Counted from the first letter of the stretch, positions 16,162-26,099 are shown. The stretch is DNA of 52,186 nt from Gammaproteobacteria bacterium (GCA_013151345.1 JAADIM010000119.1:1-52186); one strand, 5' to 3'. A program made the numbers and translations. Notes: generated from the letters alone by a model not told the origin.

Positions 16162-17205
16162 TTATTTGCCGGATCTAAAGCTGCGACTGCCGCTGCTGGT
16201 GCCACGTGAACTCGGTTTAAAAAAGGAAAACGCCGAACTGCGTTTTGTTTTATTAGCGCCACTACCCTTCGGCGGTGCATTGGCGGCCTGCTGTTTGGTC
16301 TTGGCGCCGTACTGCTTGTTGTTTGCCTGGCGCTGATAGGCGTAGGTGCTCATGCGCCGCTTGCCGGCGGCGCTGCGAAAATCTTTTTTCGGCTTGGCCG
16401 GCGTGATACCTTTTTTCCCTAGTTTAGCCTCGGTATTCTTCCAGTTATTTCGTGCCTTTTGTGAACCATAAGCACTGCGGCCGTAATCATTATAGTAACT
16501 ATGGCGTGGTTGACGATACCAGGCATCCGCGTAAATAGGGCCGCGAGAAAAACCATAGCCGCCACCGAGGCCTACCAGGTTGCTAATCAAAGCGTACTGT
16601 CCGTACCACTCCCAGAATGATTTGCCGGACGAATTCTGCCTGAAATTGCCATAATTGGGATTACCCACCAGGTAGCTTCCCGGTACAACGCCCGTGCTAT
16701 CCTTTAGATTTTGCGCGGTCTCACCTTTGGGCACATTGACACGCGCTAATTCCCCTTGGGACAAGTCTGCCAGTGTATTGACCAAATCCAGCAACCCATC
16801 GTTAAATACCGCAGGGTCGGAACCCACTGTGATATTATTCAGTTCTTCGATCGCAAGCCGGAAATCTTCTTCCCGTTCCGGTATCTGATTAACGGACTTG
16901 AGACGGTTCGCAAAATTTTGATACATACCACCTGAGGACGTCGCATCTTTTTTTAATAATTGTGCGACGGAATTTAATTCTGGCCTGGTCTGTATGAGCG
17001 TATCTGCGTACGTCTTCACCAATACCGCGTTGGATAATTGATTACGATCCAATTGCTGCTTTAGCTGCGACACCACTTTTACTGCGTCGGCATGATACCC
17101 CTGCACCTGCTCGGCATAACGGTTACCACACCCTTGCAGTAACAATAGAGACAGTAACAGCAGAGGCACTAACAACCAGGTTTTTTGTTGTAGAAATTTT
17201 CTCAT
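16162..17205 (-). CDS. Lipoprotein with a Gly/Tyr-rich core and a basic Ser/Lys/Arg-rich tail
   Basis: 347-aa ORF with lipobox LLLLQGC and the low-complexity C-terminus ...KTKRSSAFSFFKPSSRGTSSGSRSFRSGK. Confidence 0.65.
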   Translation of the reverse strand: MRKFLQQKTWLLVPLLLLSLLLLQGCGNRYAEQVQGYHADAVKVVSQLKQQLDRNQLSNAVLVKTYADTLIQTRPELNSVAQLLKKDATSSGGMYQNFANRLKSVNQIPEREEDFRLAIEELNNITVGSDPAVFNDGLLDLVNTLADLSQGELARVNVPKGETAQNLKDSTGVVPGSYLVGNPNYGNFRQNSSGKSFWEWYGQYALISNLVGLGGGYGFSRGPIYADAWYRQPRHSYYNDYGRSAYGSQKARNNWKNTEAKLGKKGITPAKPKKDFRSAAGKRRMSTYAYQRQANNKQYGAKTKQQAANAPPKGSGANKTKRSSAFSFFKPSSRGTSSGSRSFRSGK

Positions 17206-17263
17206 TAAAAGTATATCTCCTTGATTAATTAAGGATTGTCTGTTATCTCTTGGGAACCCCTGA

Positions 17264-18367
17264 TTACACCTTCTGCAGCAACGCAGCTTGCACCGCCGAG
17301 GGATCAGGAATACTTTCCTCGCGCACCATCAGAAACAAGGCAACGGCATCCACTTGTTCGTTCGCGGGCGGATTGCACTGTAACTGACTGTCATTTTTTG
17401 ACATATAACCAATGGCAATACCTAAGTCATTTTGGGCTAAGGTACACAGGATCGCTGACCAGGACATTCCTTGTATATTTACATCGTAGCGCTGGTATTC
17501 ATCACCCTCATTGGAAAACATATTTTCGATGATTTGCTCTGAGCCAGGTGCCACCAAGGCACGCACGATCATTTCCGGGTAGGCGCGTATAGGACGGATC
17601 ATAATATTTGCCCCGGCGCTTAACAATCTGGCGCGATTATCATCGTCTACGCACTCGGCCAGGATCATGCCTTGTTTTCCCAATTCGTTGAGCCGGTGCA
17701 GGATATCAAAGGTGCGACCATCGGATGCCTTATCGCCCTCCTCTTTAGCGAGTACGATAATAACCTCCGCCTCTTGTACATTCACTGCCTGCATGCAGTC
17801 TATATCATCGGCGCGGCCATGGTAATGGGCAACTCTTTTTAAATCGGCAATAGAACTGGGCAACCCATCGGGAAACTGACTCGTTAATAATTCAATATCT
17901 ATATTTTCGTATTGTCGGCTGGCTCGAAATTGCTTGATCAACCGTTGTAAATACTGCTCACCAAAGCTGGCAGGTGTATTCATAATAATGATATGACCCG
18001 ACATATTCCACCTCCATCGACCTTTTAATTTTCTCTGGCGGATATTGCTTCGATAATCAAAGTAATCCCCCGCCGCCTTCGCAACGACAAAAACACTGCC
18101 TACGAACAATATTAAGATAGTACTAAGACGCCCCTCTAACGACACAGCGGATAAATCGCCGTAACCGACCGTGGTAACGGTCGTCAGTGTCAGCCAAAAC
18201 GCATCCCCAAAGGAAAATTTCTCAAACGCCATCATCGCCCAAATATGGGCGGACAGCATGATGCAAAGATACACGCCGGTAAGTTTCAAGGATTTACTCA
18301 AGTCCGTTTGCAACAGCTCTCGATTTCTAAGTCTGCGTAATCCCCGATTAACGAGATTATAGATCAT
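17264..18367 (-). CDS. Potassium channel protein (two-TM pore plus RCK-like cytoplasmic domain)
   Basis: 367-aa ORF with the selectivity filter TTVTTVGYGD. The C-terminal domain is TrkA/RCK-like but shows no clear GxGxxG. Confidence 0.8.
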   Translation of the reverse strand: MIYNLVNRGLRRLRNRELLQTDLSKSLKLTGVYLCIMLSAHIWAMMAFEKFSFGDAFWLTLTTVTTVGYGDLSAVSLEGRLSTILILFVGSVFVVAKAAGDYFDYRSNIRQRKLKGRWRWNMSGHIIIMNTPASFGEQYLQRLIKQFRASRQYENIDIELLTSQFPDGLPSSIADLKRVAHYHGRADDIDCMQAVNVQEAEVIIVLAKEEGDKASDGRTFDILHRLNELGKQGMILAECVDDDNRARLLSAGANIMIRPIRAYPEMIVRALVAPGSEQIIENMFSNEGDEYQRYDVNIQGMSWSAILCTLAQNDLGIAIGYMSKNDSQLQCNPPANEQVDAVALFLMVREESIPDPSAVQAALLQKV

Positions 18368-18379
18368 ATGACATGCTTG

Positions 18380-18721
18380 TTATTCACCTGTCTCCTGGCG
18401 GCACTCACTACGATAAAACGCCTCCAGTTCTTCACGTATCTTCTCCCGTATAGCTTCCTTGTCAGAAACCGGCACGCTATAGCGTCTAGCTAAATCCAGG
18501 TAATCAGATTCTTTCAGGGAGAGGGTGAGCCGCGGCCGCTTGGGTTTGCGGTACGGTAAATCCACAATCTTGCGGATTTGATCTGATGGTGACAATCCGT
18601 TGTTCGCCGCGACAGAGCGGATGAAATCGGGAATATCACCACCCAGGTCAAATGCTATTTGTATCGCCCTCAAATTTTTTGCGGACGCTGTCCAATATGG
18701 GCTTTTAGTTTTTTTTTGCAT
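18380..18721 (-). CDS. Hypothetical protein
   Basis: ATG at 18721 (MQKKTKSPYW...) avoids overlap with the upstream gene; the track ORF extends to 18787. No family recognised. Confidence 0.5.
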   Translation of the reverse strand: MQKKTKSPYWTASAKNLRAIQIAFDLGGDIPDFIRSVAANNGLSPSDQIRKIVDLPYRKPKRPRLTLSLKESDYLDLARRYSVPVSDKEAIREKIREELEAFYRSECRQETGE

Positions 18722-18724
18722 ATG

Positions 18725-18763
18725 TATCTCTGGATCTTGATCTCTGGACACTGATCTCTGGAT
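18725..18763. repeat. Tandem repeat, 14-bp period, 3 copies (atctctgga core)
   Basis: atctctgga occurs at 18726, 18740 and 18754, immediately after the stop codon of the upstream (minus-strand) gene. Confidence 0.85.
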
Positions 18764-18765
18764 GA

Positions 18766-19422
18766 TTAGTTGTCGCTGGCCGGCCACATTTCTTCCAGTT
18801 TGCTTAAGGGTAAGTAGGCCAGCAGCACGGCTTCGGAACGGCCACCATCAAAAACTGTAATGCGCAACGCATGCAAGCGGTCCGGACTCACCATGAGATA
18901 ATAATCAAATGACTCACACTCATCCTTGCCATCGGGAAGACTGCGCCCCCGGTAATCCCCGGCGTGGAAATAAGCTTCATCCCCGCTACCCGCTTCCTGG
19001 CAATACTGCTGCGCGGTCCAACCGGCAAATTCGTCCGGCTCTACCAGCCTTTCGAGGGTATGCTGCGCACCGTCGGATTCAATGATGTCCACGAATTGTT
19101 CCCAGGGAAAGATTTGCTCAATCTGTTCTGGCAGCACGACCCTGCCCAATTCCAGCAACGTGTTGCCACCCTCTTCCCGCAGCGACAGAGAAAAAGTACC
19201 TTTCGCGCCATCCAGAGTTAACAGGGTGGCGGGTGCCTTGTCCGCTGAAAAATGATAGGTATTCACGCCCGTGACCTTAAAATCACCCGCACTGATGCCA
19301 GTTTGCGCAGCGAAGCCAAATTTAATCAGATCATTGATTTGCAGGTCCTTGGGATGATCCAGGGAACGGGGGCCAGCGGCTTTCTTATCGCCGCCCCCAA
19401 AAATATTTTTGAAATTCACCAT
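18766..19422 (-). CDS. YjfK-like protein (DUF2491/DUF4178-type)
   Basis: ATG at 19422 (MVNFKNIFGGG) lies 8 nt after GAGGG. Its position after the PspA-like gene mirrors E. coli yjfJ-yjfK. The family call is tentative. Confidence 0.55.
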   Translation of the reverse strand: MVNFKNIFGGGDKKAAGPRSLDHPKDLQINDLIKFGFAAQTGISAGDFKVTGVNTYHFSADKAPATLLTLDGAKGTFSLSLREEGGNTLLELGRVVLPEQIEQIFPWEQFVDIIESDGAQHTLERLVEPDEFAGWTAQQYCQEAGSGDEAYFHAGDYRGRSLPDGKDECESFDYYLMVSPDRLHALRITVFDGGRSEAVLLAYLPLSKLEEMWPASDN

Positions 19423-19452
19423 GGGGCTTTCCCTCTTTGTAATTACTTTTTT

Positions 19453-19512
19453 TAGCAACCCGGTTTGTGGCAACCCTGTTTTTGGCAACCCTATTTTTGG
19501 CAACCCTATGCC
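19453..19512. repeat. Tandem repeat, 15-bp unit, 4 copies (tggcaaccct core)
   Basis: tagcaacccggtttg / tggcaaccctgtttt / tggcaaccctatttt / tggcaaccctatgcc. The last copy overlaps the stop codon of the PspA-like gene. Confidence 0.9.
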
Positions 19513-20204
19513 GCGCCAGCCTGCCTGGCTTTGAGTTTTTCCAGGATGGAATTGCCACTGGCGCCACTGCCGGTGATGCCTGCCGCCGCCATCTTGGCTT
19601 TTAGATCGCCGTCGCCGCCTTCGTTTTCCAATGCCAGGGCTGCGTTCATCTTGTCTGACTTTTCCTGCTGGCGGGCCTTAATACGCTGCATGGAGTCCAT
19701 CGCCGACGACATGGCCGATGTACTACCGGAATGAGTCGCCGCAATAGCATCCTGGGCTTTTTGCACACTTTGCGTCGACTTGATCAAGGCAACCTCGCGT
19801 TTAGTGCTTTGCAAACGTTTCTCGGTTTGCTTAATGATTTGTTTGAGATTGTTTACACTCTGGATCTGGCCTTCAAGCAGGGTTTTCAGAGGCTCTAACT
19901 CATTGCTGAATTCAGCGATTTTTTCAGCTATTTCGACTGCCAAACCTTCATCGCCTTTATCCAGTGCTTTCACCGCATAGCCTTCATGCTCATCGATCGC
20001 TGCAGTTTTTTCCTTAACTTGTCGCTCAGTGGCCATCTTCTGCGCCATGACGGTGGTCAAGCCTTCCTTGGATTTTTTCAGCTCATTTTCAGCGTCGTGG
20101 ATCTCTTGATCCATAATTCGCAGCGCCTGGGAATCGACGATCGCTTCGCCGGCCTCAGTCGCAGCGCCACGCACGGCGGTAAATAATTTTTTAAAAATTG
20201 ACAT
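19506..20204 (-). CDS. PspA/IM30-family protein (YjfJ-like)
   Basis: 232-aa coiled-coil ORF. The N-terminus MSIFKKLFTAVRGAATEAGEAIVDSQALRIMDQEI is typical of the family. Confidence 0.85.
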   Translation of the reverse strand: MSIFKKLFTAVRGAATEAGEAIVDSQALRIMDQEIHDAENELKKSKEGLTTVMAQKMATERQVKEKTAAIDEHEGYAVKALDKGDEGLAVEIAEKIAEFSNELEPLKTLLEGQIQSVNNLKQIIKQTEKRLQSTKREVALIKSTQSVQKAQDAIAATHSGSTSAMSSAMDSMQRIKARQQEKSDKMNAALALENEGGDGDLKAKMAAAGITGSGASGNSILEKLKARQAGAA

Positions 20205-20270
20205 AGTGTTCTCCTAAAAAAATGATTGCAAACTTGTTGCTAATGTTCATAGCAATGTTAGTACAACGTT

Positions 20271-20332
20271 TATTGCAACTTTCTATTGCAACCTCTAGTT
20301 ATCGCAACTTTCTATTGCAACCTCATTGCAAA
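20271..20332. repeat. Tandem repeat, ~29-bp unit, 2 copies, rich in TTGCAA half-sites
   Basis: tattgcaactttctattgcaacctc occurs twice, with further attgcaa copies, in the spacer upstream of the PspA-like gene. Confidence 0.85.
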
Positions 20333-20745
20333 TAATCAGACAAAGACTCCAACGCCTCCAGCGTGTTATCACTCAGCACATCCACTTCATGGATGACATC
20401 TTTCAAATCCGACTGGCAGGCAAGCGCCCCGAATATCACATACTGATCACCTAATTTCGAAAAGGCAGACAACGGCATGGGAATGTTCAAGGTCAGCAGC
20501 GCATCCAATAAATCTTCCCGCGCCCCTGACTTAATTTCCGACTCTTTCCATAAATAGCTGACTACCAGAATCTGGCTGTCATCAATCGTGATGTAAATCG
20601 GGAATTCCTCTCTGTCACTGACCGTCACCTGTAGCGTGGGTACTTCACCATCGATGACTTCCGCGCTAAATGACAGACCTTCCTCCGTTTCCAAACCGTT
20701 CAATGCCGATGCAAGATCAGGTAAGGTCATGCTGTTTGTACTCAT
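20323..20745 (-). CDS. YjfI-like protein (DUF2170-type)
   Basis: 140-aa acidic ORF directly upstream of the PspA-like gene, as in the E. coli yjfI-yjfJ arrangement. The call rests on context. Confidence 0.5.
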   Translation of the reverse strand: MSTNSMTLPDLASALNGLETEEGLSFSAEVIDGEVPTLQVTVSDREEFPIYITIDDSQILVVSYLWKESEIKSGAREDLLDALLTLNIPMPLSAFSKLGDQYVIFGALACQSDLKDVIHEVDVLSDNTLEALESLSDYLQ

Positions 20746-20845
20746 ATTCTCTCCTTTAAATTAACGGCAACGTCATAATATGTCGAACGACTTAATATGT
20801 CAAGACATAATATGGCGTCAATAACAAATGAATAAAATGGAAAAA

Positions 20846-22615
20846 CTATTTATTACGATAGACCGATATATCCCCACTGGGTTCAGGTATCGCTTCATTA
20901 CTTTCAAAATCGTCTTCCTTCTGATAGATCCCCTGTTGTATCTCCCAGTTTTTGCGGTAGTACTGGTAAGCAACCCCGCTGCCAACACGATTAACCCGTA
21001 TCTTGTCCCTGTCCTTAAAAAAATGCTGACTGAACTCAAAGGCAGCCATTAGTTTGCCCTTGGTCATCCAGCCATCATCCAGCGGTAATGCCTGCAGCGC
21101 TGCCAGGCGTTGCCGCGGGGAACGTCCCAGTTTTGTTGCGATGGTCCAACCCCATTCGCCAAAACTCGGCACGTTGTGATGATATTGTTCAACGTGCTCA
21201 AAACCCGCGTGCTGCATGGTAACACCGACGCTTAAAAAGGCATCCTTAGCGTGGTAGGGCGACGTAGACTGGATCGCCATCGCCCCATCGCCGGCCAGAA
21301 GTTGTTTTAATTTTGCATAAAAACGTGCGGAATACAGTTTATTCAGATCCGGATGGTTGGGATCAGGTAAATCGATGATGATCGTGTCAAATATTTGTTC
21401 CGCTTGCAACAACTCGTCCACTTTATTATAGGCATCTCCAAAAAGAAGTGTGACGCGCGGATCAGAAAAACTTTTTTGATTCAGTTCCAGAAGGCGTGTA
21501 TTAACTTCATCCCCTTCTAATGCCTTCGACTGCGAAAAAAAATCCACGATCGCCTTATCTAAATCGATAAGTGTCACCTGCTTTGGCTGCCAGCGCAGTA
21601 CATCACGCAAGGCCAAACCATCTCCGCCACCGATAATCAAGATTGAATCCTGCCGCGCTGAAGCGGCAAGAGCAGGGTAGGTCAGCATGGAGTGGTAAAT
21701 ATGCTCGTCGTTACTGGAAAACTGTGTACGCCCATTGAGATAAAGGGTAAGCACAGACGGCTTAGCCGGGTCCATGGTCCGCTCGGTAATCACTATCCGT
21801 TGATAATGAGTGTTAATGTGGTAAGCGACTTTGTCCTTATATAATGTGTCCTCCATGATCGCATCCCACTGCGCACCATACATCCCCACGGTGACTATAA
21901 TACTGGCCACCAGGATATGACCCAACAGCAGTAGTTCATTCCACTTAATACGCTGGCGATAAAGAAAATAAAATATCAGTCCCACCCCAATATTGGCAGA
22001 CGCCGTCAACGCGGCAGCCAGTGATGGCTCCATTGCCAGCATAAAAATAACCCACAAGGCCGCGCCGACACCCGCACCGATATAATCTATGCCATAGATA
22101 TCGCCGAGATTATGCTCAAGATGTTCCCCGTAAATACTTTGCCGCACCCTGGCGATCAGTGGAATTTCGATGCCGATCATCACGCCTAAAATAAAACCAA
22201 AGATATAAGGCACGACCGCCGCAAATTCCATTAAGGATTGTATGACGCCCCCTTGTGGCGTTAAATCCGGCGGTAGCCCGAAGGTAAAGGCGATGAGCTG
22301 CGGTAGAGTATGGGTAAAGGCAAAGATAGCGGCGATGGCAAGAATAGCGGAGGATCCGAGCAACGCGATACCCAGTTCAAGCCAGGCAAATCCGGTGTAT
22401 GCACATTTAATATAGCGCGCAGCAAAAGCACCCAGGCCCATCGAGACAATCATGATCCCAATCATGGTATAGATCACTGTCTCAATCGCACCCAACACCC
22501 TGCCTGCATAATGCGATAACAAATACTGGTAAACTAACCCGCAACCGGCGAGCACCGCCAAAATGAAGAAAATAGTAATATCTTGCAGGCGTAATGATTT
22601 TTTTATTGTATTCAC
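20846..22615 (-). CDS. Membrane-anchored spermidine-synthase-like aminopropyltransferase
   Basis: 589-aa ORF with an N-terminal multi-TM domain. The C-terminal SpeE-like domain carries ILIIGGGDGLALRDVL and IIIDLPDP. Confidence 0.8.
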   Translation of the reverse strand: MNTIKKSLRLQDITIFFILAVLAGCGLVYQYLLSHYAGRVLGAIETVIYTMIGIMIVSMGLGAFAARYIKCAYTGFAWLELGIALLGSSAILAIAAIFAFTHTLPQLIAFTFGLPPDLTPQGGVIQSLMEFAAVVPYIFGFILGVMIGIEIPLIARVRQSIYGEHLEHNLGDIYGIDYIGAGVGAALWVIFMLAMEPSLAAALTASANIGVGLIFYFLYRQRIKWNELLLLGHILVASIIVTVGMYGAQWDAIMEDTLYKDKVAYHINTHYQRIVITERTMDPAKPSVLTLYLNGRTQFSSNDEHIYHSMLTYPALAASARQDSILIIGGGDGLALRDVLRWQPKQVTLIDLDKAIVDFFSQSKALEGDEVNTRLLELNQKSFSDPRVTLLFGDAYNKVDELLQAEQIFDTIIIDLPDPNHPDLNKLYSARFYAKLKQLLAGDGAMAIQSTSPYHAKDAFLSVGVTMQHAGFEHVEQYHHNVPSFGEWGWTIATKLGRSPRQRLAALQALPLDDGWMTKGKLMAAFEFSQHFFKDRDKIRVNRVGSGVAYQYYRKNWEIQQGIYQKEDDFESNEAIPEPSGDISVYRNK

Positions 22616-22633
22616 GTCGACAGTCGGTCAGTC

Positions 22634-24430
22634 CTAATTAGTCACTACATCCACATTTCGCTGTAACCAGCACTCTAATAATGCTAAATGCCACAATTTG
22701 CTGCCCTGTAGAGGGGTCATATGATCTTCTGGTGAATTTAATAATTTAGCCACATAGGCAGGGTGATACAAACCACGCTGCTGGCATGCAGATGATTGCA
22801 GGATTGTTTTCATGAAATCATAAAATTCGCCTCTAACATATTTTAATGCTGGCATAGGAAAATACCCTTTAGGCCTATCGATGACTTCGTCAGGGATCAG
22901 GCCACGCGCAATAGATTTGAGTGGAAACTTTCCACCTGATTTTAGCTTTAACTCCGGTGGCATTTGTGCGGCCAGTTCTACCACCTCCTGATCGAGGAAA
23001 GGAACACGTGCTTCCAGGCCCCAGGCCATCGTCATATTGTCTACGCGTTTAACCGGGTCATCGACGATCAGTGTGGTCACGTCCATATGTAATACTTTAT
23101 CCAAAAAGGTTTCGCCTTTTGATTCCACTAATAACTTTTCTATTAACGTCGAAGTATAATCATCTCCACGATATTCTTCGGAAACCATTTCCAGAAATTC
23201 ATCATGATGACGATCAAAATAATGCGAACTAAAGCGATGCAAGTCTGATCCGCGTTCCTGTTGCATTTGTGGATACCAAAAGTAACCACCAAATACCTCA
23301 TCAGCGCCCTGGCCACTCTGTACAACTTTAACTTCTTTTGAGACCTGTTCGGCCAACATATAAAATGCGACAGCATCCTGCCCAAACATCGGTTCAGACA
23401 TGTGATCAATTGCTTCGGGTAAGCGGGCCAATACTTCAGCGTTCGGAATATGGACTTTTGTGTGCTCCGTATCAAATCGCTCTACGACCTTGTCAGAGTA
23501 AACAAATTCACTACCCGATTCTTCCGGTGTATCTTCAAAACCGATTGAGAATGTAAGAATTTTCTCCGTACCGGCTTCACTTAACAAACCGACTAATAAA
23601 CTCGAATCCAGTCCGCCGGATAATAATATACCAACGGGTACATCAGCGATGACTTTGCGCCGCTCAACCGAACGACGTAATGCGGTATGAATCAACTCTA
23701 CCCATTCCTCTTCAGAACGCGCTTTTTGAGAACGGTCGTGAGGTCTGGTGGCGTTTAGTGTCCAGTATTTTTTCACAACTATCTTGCCATGCTGATCTAT
23801 CTTCATGTAGCTACCTGGCTCAAGTTTTTTCACACCATTGAGAATTGTTCTTGGTGCGGGTACGACTGCGTGCAACGTAAATTGATGATGCATCGCAACA
23901 GCATCAATAGTTGTGTCAACATCACCTGTGGTAATGAGTGCCTGCAAGGTGGACGCAAATTGAAAACGACTATCCGTATTACTGTAATAAAGCGGCTTGA
24001 TACCCATTCGATCACGCGCAATAAAAAGTTCTTTTTTATTTGAGTCCCAAATAGCAAATGCAAACATACCACTTAGTCGCTTGACGCAATCATCTCCCCA
24101 GGCATGATAGGCTTTAACGATCGCTTCCGTATCGCCATCTGAGTTAAATTGGTAGCCCATCAATTTAAGCTCTTCACGTAATTCGCGATAGTTGTAAATC
24201 GTTCCATTGAATACCACAACGAGACCTGACGCAGCGTCCACGAGCGGCTGATTTGCCTTGGAAGATAAATCAATAATCGCCAGTCGTCGATGCCCCAGGA
24301 TAACCGGCCCATCCTTGTACATTCCGCCCGAATCAGGACCACGATGGACTAACTTATCCATCATCCGCTGGATCGCGTTTTCCTCAGGTGCGGTGTTATT
24401 GAAACTTAAAATACCGCTTATGCCACACAT
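22634..24430 (-). CDS. asnB: Asparagine synthase (glutamine-hydrolysing) family amidotransferase
   Basis: 598-aa ORF with the MCGI N-terminal nucleophile Cys2 and the PP-loop LLSGGLDSS. Confidence 0.85.
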   Translation of the reverse strand: MCGISGILSFNNTAPEENAIQRMMDKLVHRGPDSGGMYKDGPVILGHRRLAIIDLSSKANQPLVDAASGLVVVFNGTIYNYRELREELKLMGYQFNSDGDTEAIVKAYHAWGDDCVKRLSGMFAFAIWDSNKKELFIARDRMGIKPLYYSNTDSRFQFASTLQALITTGDVDTTIDAVAMHHQFTLHAVVPAPRTILNGVKKLEPGSYMKIDQHGKIVVKKYWTLNATRPHDRSQKARSEEEWVELIHTALRRSVERRKVIADVPVGILLSGGLDSSLLVGLLSEAGTEKILTFSIGFEDTPEESGSEFVYSDKVVERFDTEHTKVHIPNAEVLARLPEAIDHMSEPMFGQDAVAFYMLAEQVSKEVKVVQSGQGADEVFGGYFWYPQMQQERGSDLHRFSSHYFDRHHDEFLEMVSEEYRGDDYTSTLIEKLLVESKGETFLDKVLHMDVTTLIVDDPVKRVDNMTMAWGLEARVPFLDQEVVELAAQMPPELKLKSGGKFPLKSIARGLIPDEVIDRPKGYFPMPALKYVRGEFYDFMKTILQSSACQQRGLYHPAYVAKLLNSPEDHMTPLQGSKLWHLALLECWLQRNVDVVTN

Positions 24431-24548
24431 AGATGTCTCATCGACTATTGTCTTTAACTAATTTATTTACGTTTAACACTATTGATTCATGTCCCTTAAC
24501 TACATATAAAAAATTACGATAAAAAAACTACGACAAAAATATTATAAC

Positions 24549-26099
24549 TCAACGATTGTATCTTCCCCAGCCACCTCCCCCCGGGGTTTTAATTATCAGG
24601 CGATCGCCTTTCTTAAGTACCAATGAAATTTTTCCTGGTAGGGCTTTGCCATTTAATACGTTTTCCCCTTTTAATCCAGCTTCGCCACCGTTAACTCCCC
24701 ATGGCGCATGTTTTCTTCTTTCGGTGATAAGCGAAACATGTGCAGCCTGTGAAAAGGTAAACTCTCTGATGATGCCATCTCCTCCTGAATGATAACCCTT
24801 ACCGCCCGAACCTCTATTGATTTCGTAACGGGAAACACTGACGGGATAAGCCATTTCTAATACCTCAATAGGCGTGTTTAACGTATTTGTCATATGTGAC
24901 TGAACAGCACTTAAACCAGGTGCGCATTGGCTAGCCCCCATGCCTCCGCCTATAGTTTCATAATAATCCCAAACACTGTTTTTTAAACGCGCGCCCATCG
25001 CCAGATTATTCATCGTACCCTGGCTGGCAGCAGGCATTAACTCTGGTACCGCTTGGGACAAGGCCCCGATGACAACATCAACTATGCGCATACTGGTCTC
25101 TACATTGCCGGCAGCCACTGCTGCAGGACGCTGTGCATTGAGCAAACACCCCTTTGGGGCAGACAGAGAAATGGCGCGAAAACTACCGGCGCAAGCGGGG
25201 GTGTGAACTGGCATTAAACATCGAAAAACATAAAACACAGCCGCAGCGGCTACCGATAATGGACAGTTAATATTACCTTTTACTTGGGCGGCTGTGCCGT
25301 TAAAATCCACATTTATTTTTTGACGGCACACCTTGATTGAAACAACAATTTTTATATCATTATTCCCCATACCATCATCATCCAGCATATCAGAAAACTC
25401 ATAATCACCGTCGGGGATTATTTGTAACGCAGCTTGTGCCAAACGATGCGCATAATTATTTAATTCATCTAACGCAGATTGATACTGAATCACTGTTATC
25501 GATTGGATTAATTCAGCTAAACGGGCCACACCCACACCGTTGGCACTGGTCTGTGCAGCAAAATCACCTTTACCCTCCACTGTATTTTGTTTTATCTGTG
25601 TCAGTTGAGAAAAAACGGCTTCATCTAATTCACCTGCTTTTATGAGCAGTGTTGGGGGAATGACGAGACCTTCCTGTTCCAGTGAGGACGATATCGGCAT
25701 GGAACCTGGAGATTGCGCACCGATATCAGCATGGTGCGCACGATTGGCAACAAAACTGACGAGAATACCACCAGTAAAGACAGGTGAAATGAGCGTCACA
25801 TCCGGCAAATGTGTCCCGCCTAAATACGGGTCATTGACAACAAGCATATCGCCATCTTGCCAATTGACGCAGTTAACTATCCCCTGCATTGCGTACGCCA
25901 TGCTGCCCAAATGAACAGGTATGTGCGCAGCTTGCGCGCACAACTCGCCTTGTGCGTTAAAAATAGCACATGAAAAATCCAGCCTATCCTTAATATTCGG
26001 CGAAAATGCCGTGCGGCGCAGTGTTGCCCCCATTTCCTCGCAAATAGCATCCATTTGACTGGAAAAAAGACTTAATTCAATGGGATCCATAACTAACAT
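24549..26099 (-). CDS. Hydantoinase B/oxoprolinase-family protein (no HyuA partner nearby)
   Basis: MDPIELSLFSSQMDAICEEMGATLRRTAFSPNIKDRLDFSCAIF is the conserved HyuB N-terminus. The likely start is ATG 26099 or 26090; the track ORF begins at 26138. Confidence 0.8.
   Translation of the reverse strand: MLVMDPIELSLFSSQMDAICEEMGATLRRTAFSPNIKDRLDFSCAIFNAQGELCAQAAHIPVHLGSMAYAMQGIVNCVNWQDGDMLVVNDPYLGGTHLPDVTLISPVFTGGILVSFVANRAHHADIGAQSPGSMPISSSLEQEGLVIPPTLLIKAGELDEAVFSQLTQIKQNTVEGKGDFAAQTSANGVGVARLAELIQSITVIQYQSALDELNNYAHRLAQAALQIIPDGDYEFSDMLDDDGMGNNDIKIVVSIKVCRQKINVDFNGTAAQVKGNINCPLSVAAAAVFYVFRCLMPVHTPACAGSFRAISLSAPKGCLLNAQRPAAVAAGNVETSMRIVDVVIGALSQAVPELMPAASQGTMNNLAMGARLKNSVWDYYETIGGGMGASQCAPGLSAVQSHMTNTLNTPIEVLEMAYPVSVSRYEINRGSGGKGYHSGGDGIIREFTFSQAAHVSLITERRKHAPWGVNGGEAGLKGENVLNGKALPGKISLVLKKGDRLIIKTPGGGGWGRYNR

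Noticed and set aside
18766-19503. N-terminal extension MPKIGLPKTGLPQTGLLKK... of the YjfK-like ORF, which looked like a peptide repeat
   Set aside because: The repeat is the translation of the 15-bp intergenic tandem DNA repeat. A strong SD (GAGGG) precedes the internal ATG at 19422, so the extension is very likely non-coding.
20205-20322. Sigma54 (-24 GG / -12 GC) promoter upstream of the PspA-like gene, by analogy with E. coli pspA
   Set aside because: GG...TTGC pairs are present, but the spacing is wrong (17 instead of about 12 between the GG and GC dinucleotides). No enhancer-binding-protein gene is in the cluster.
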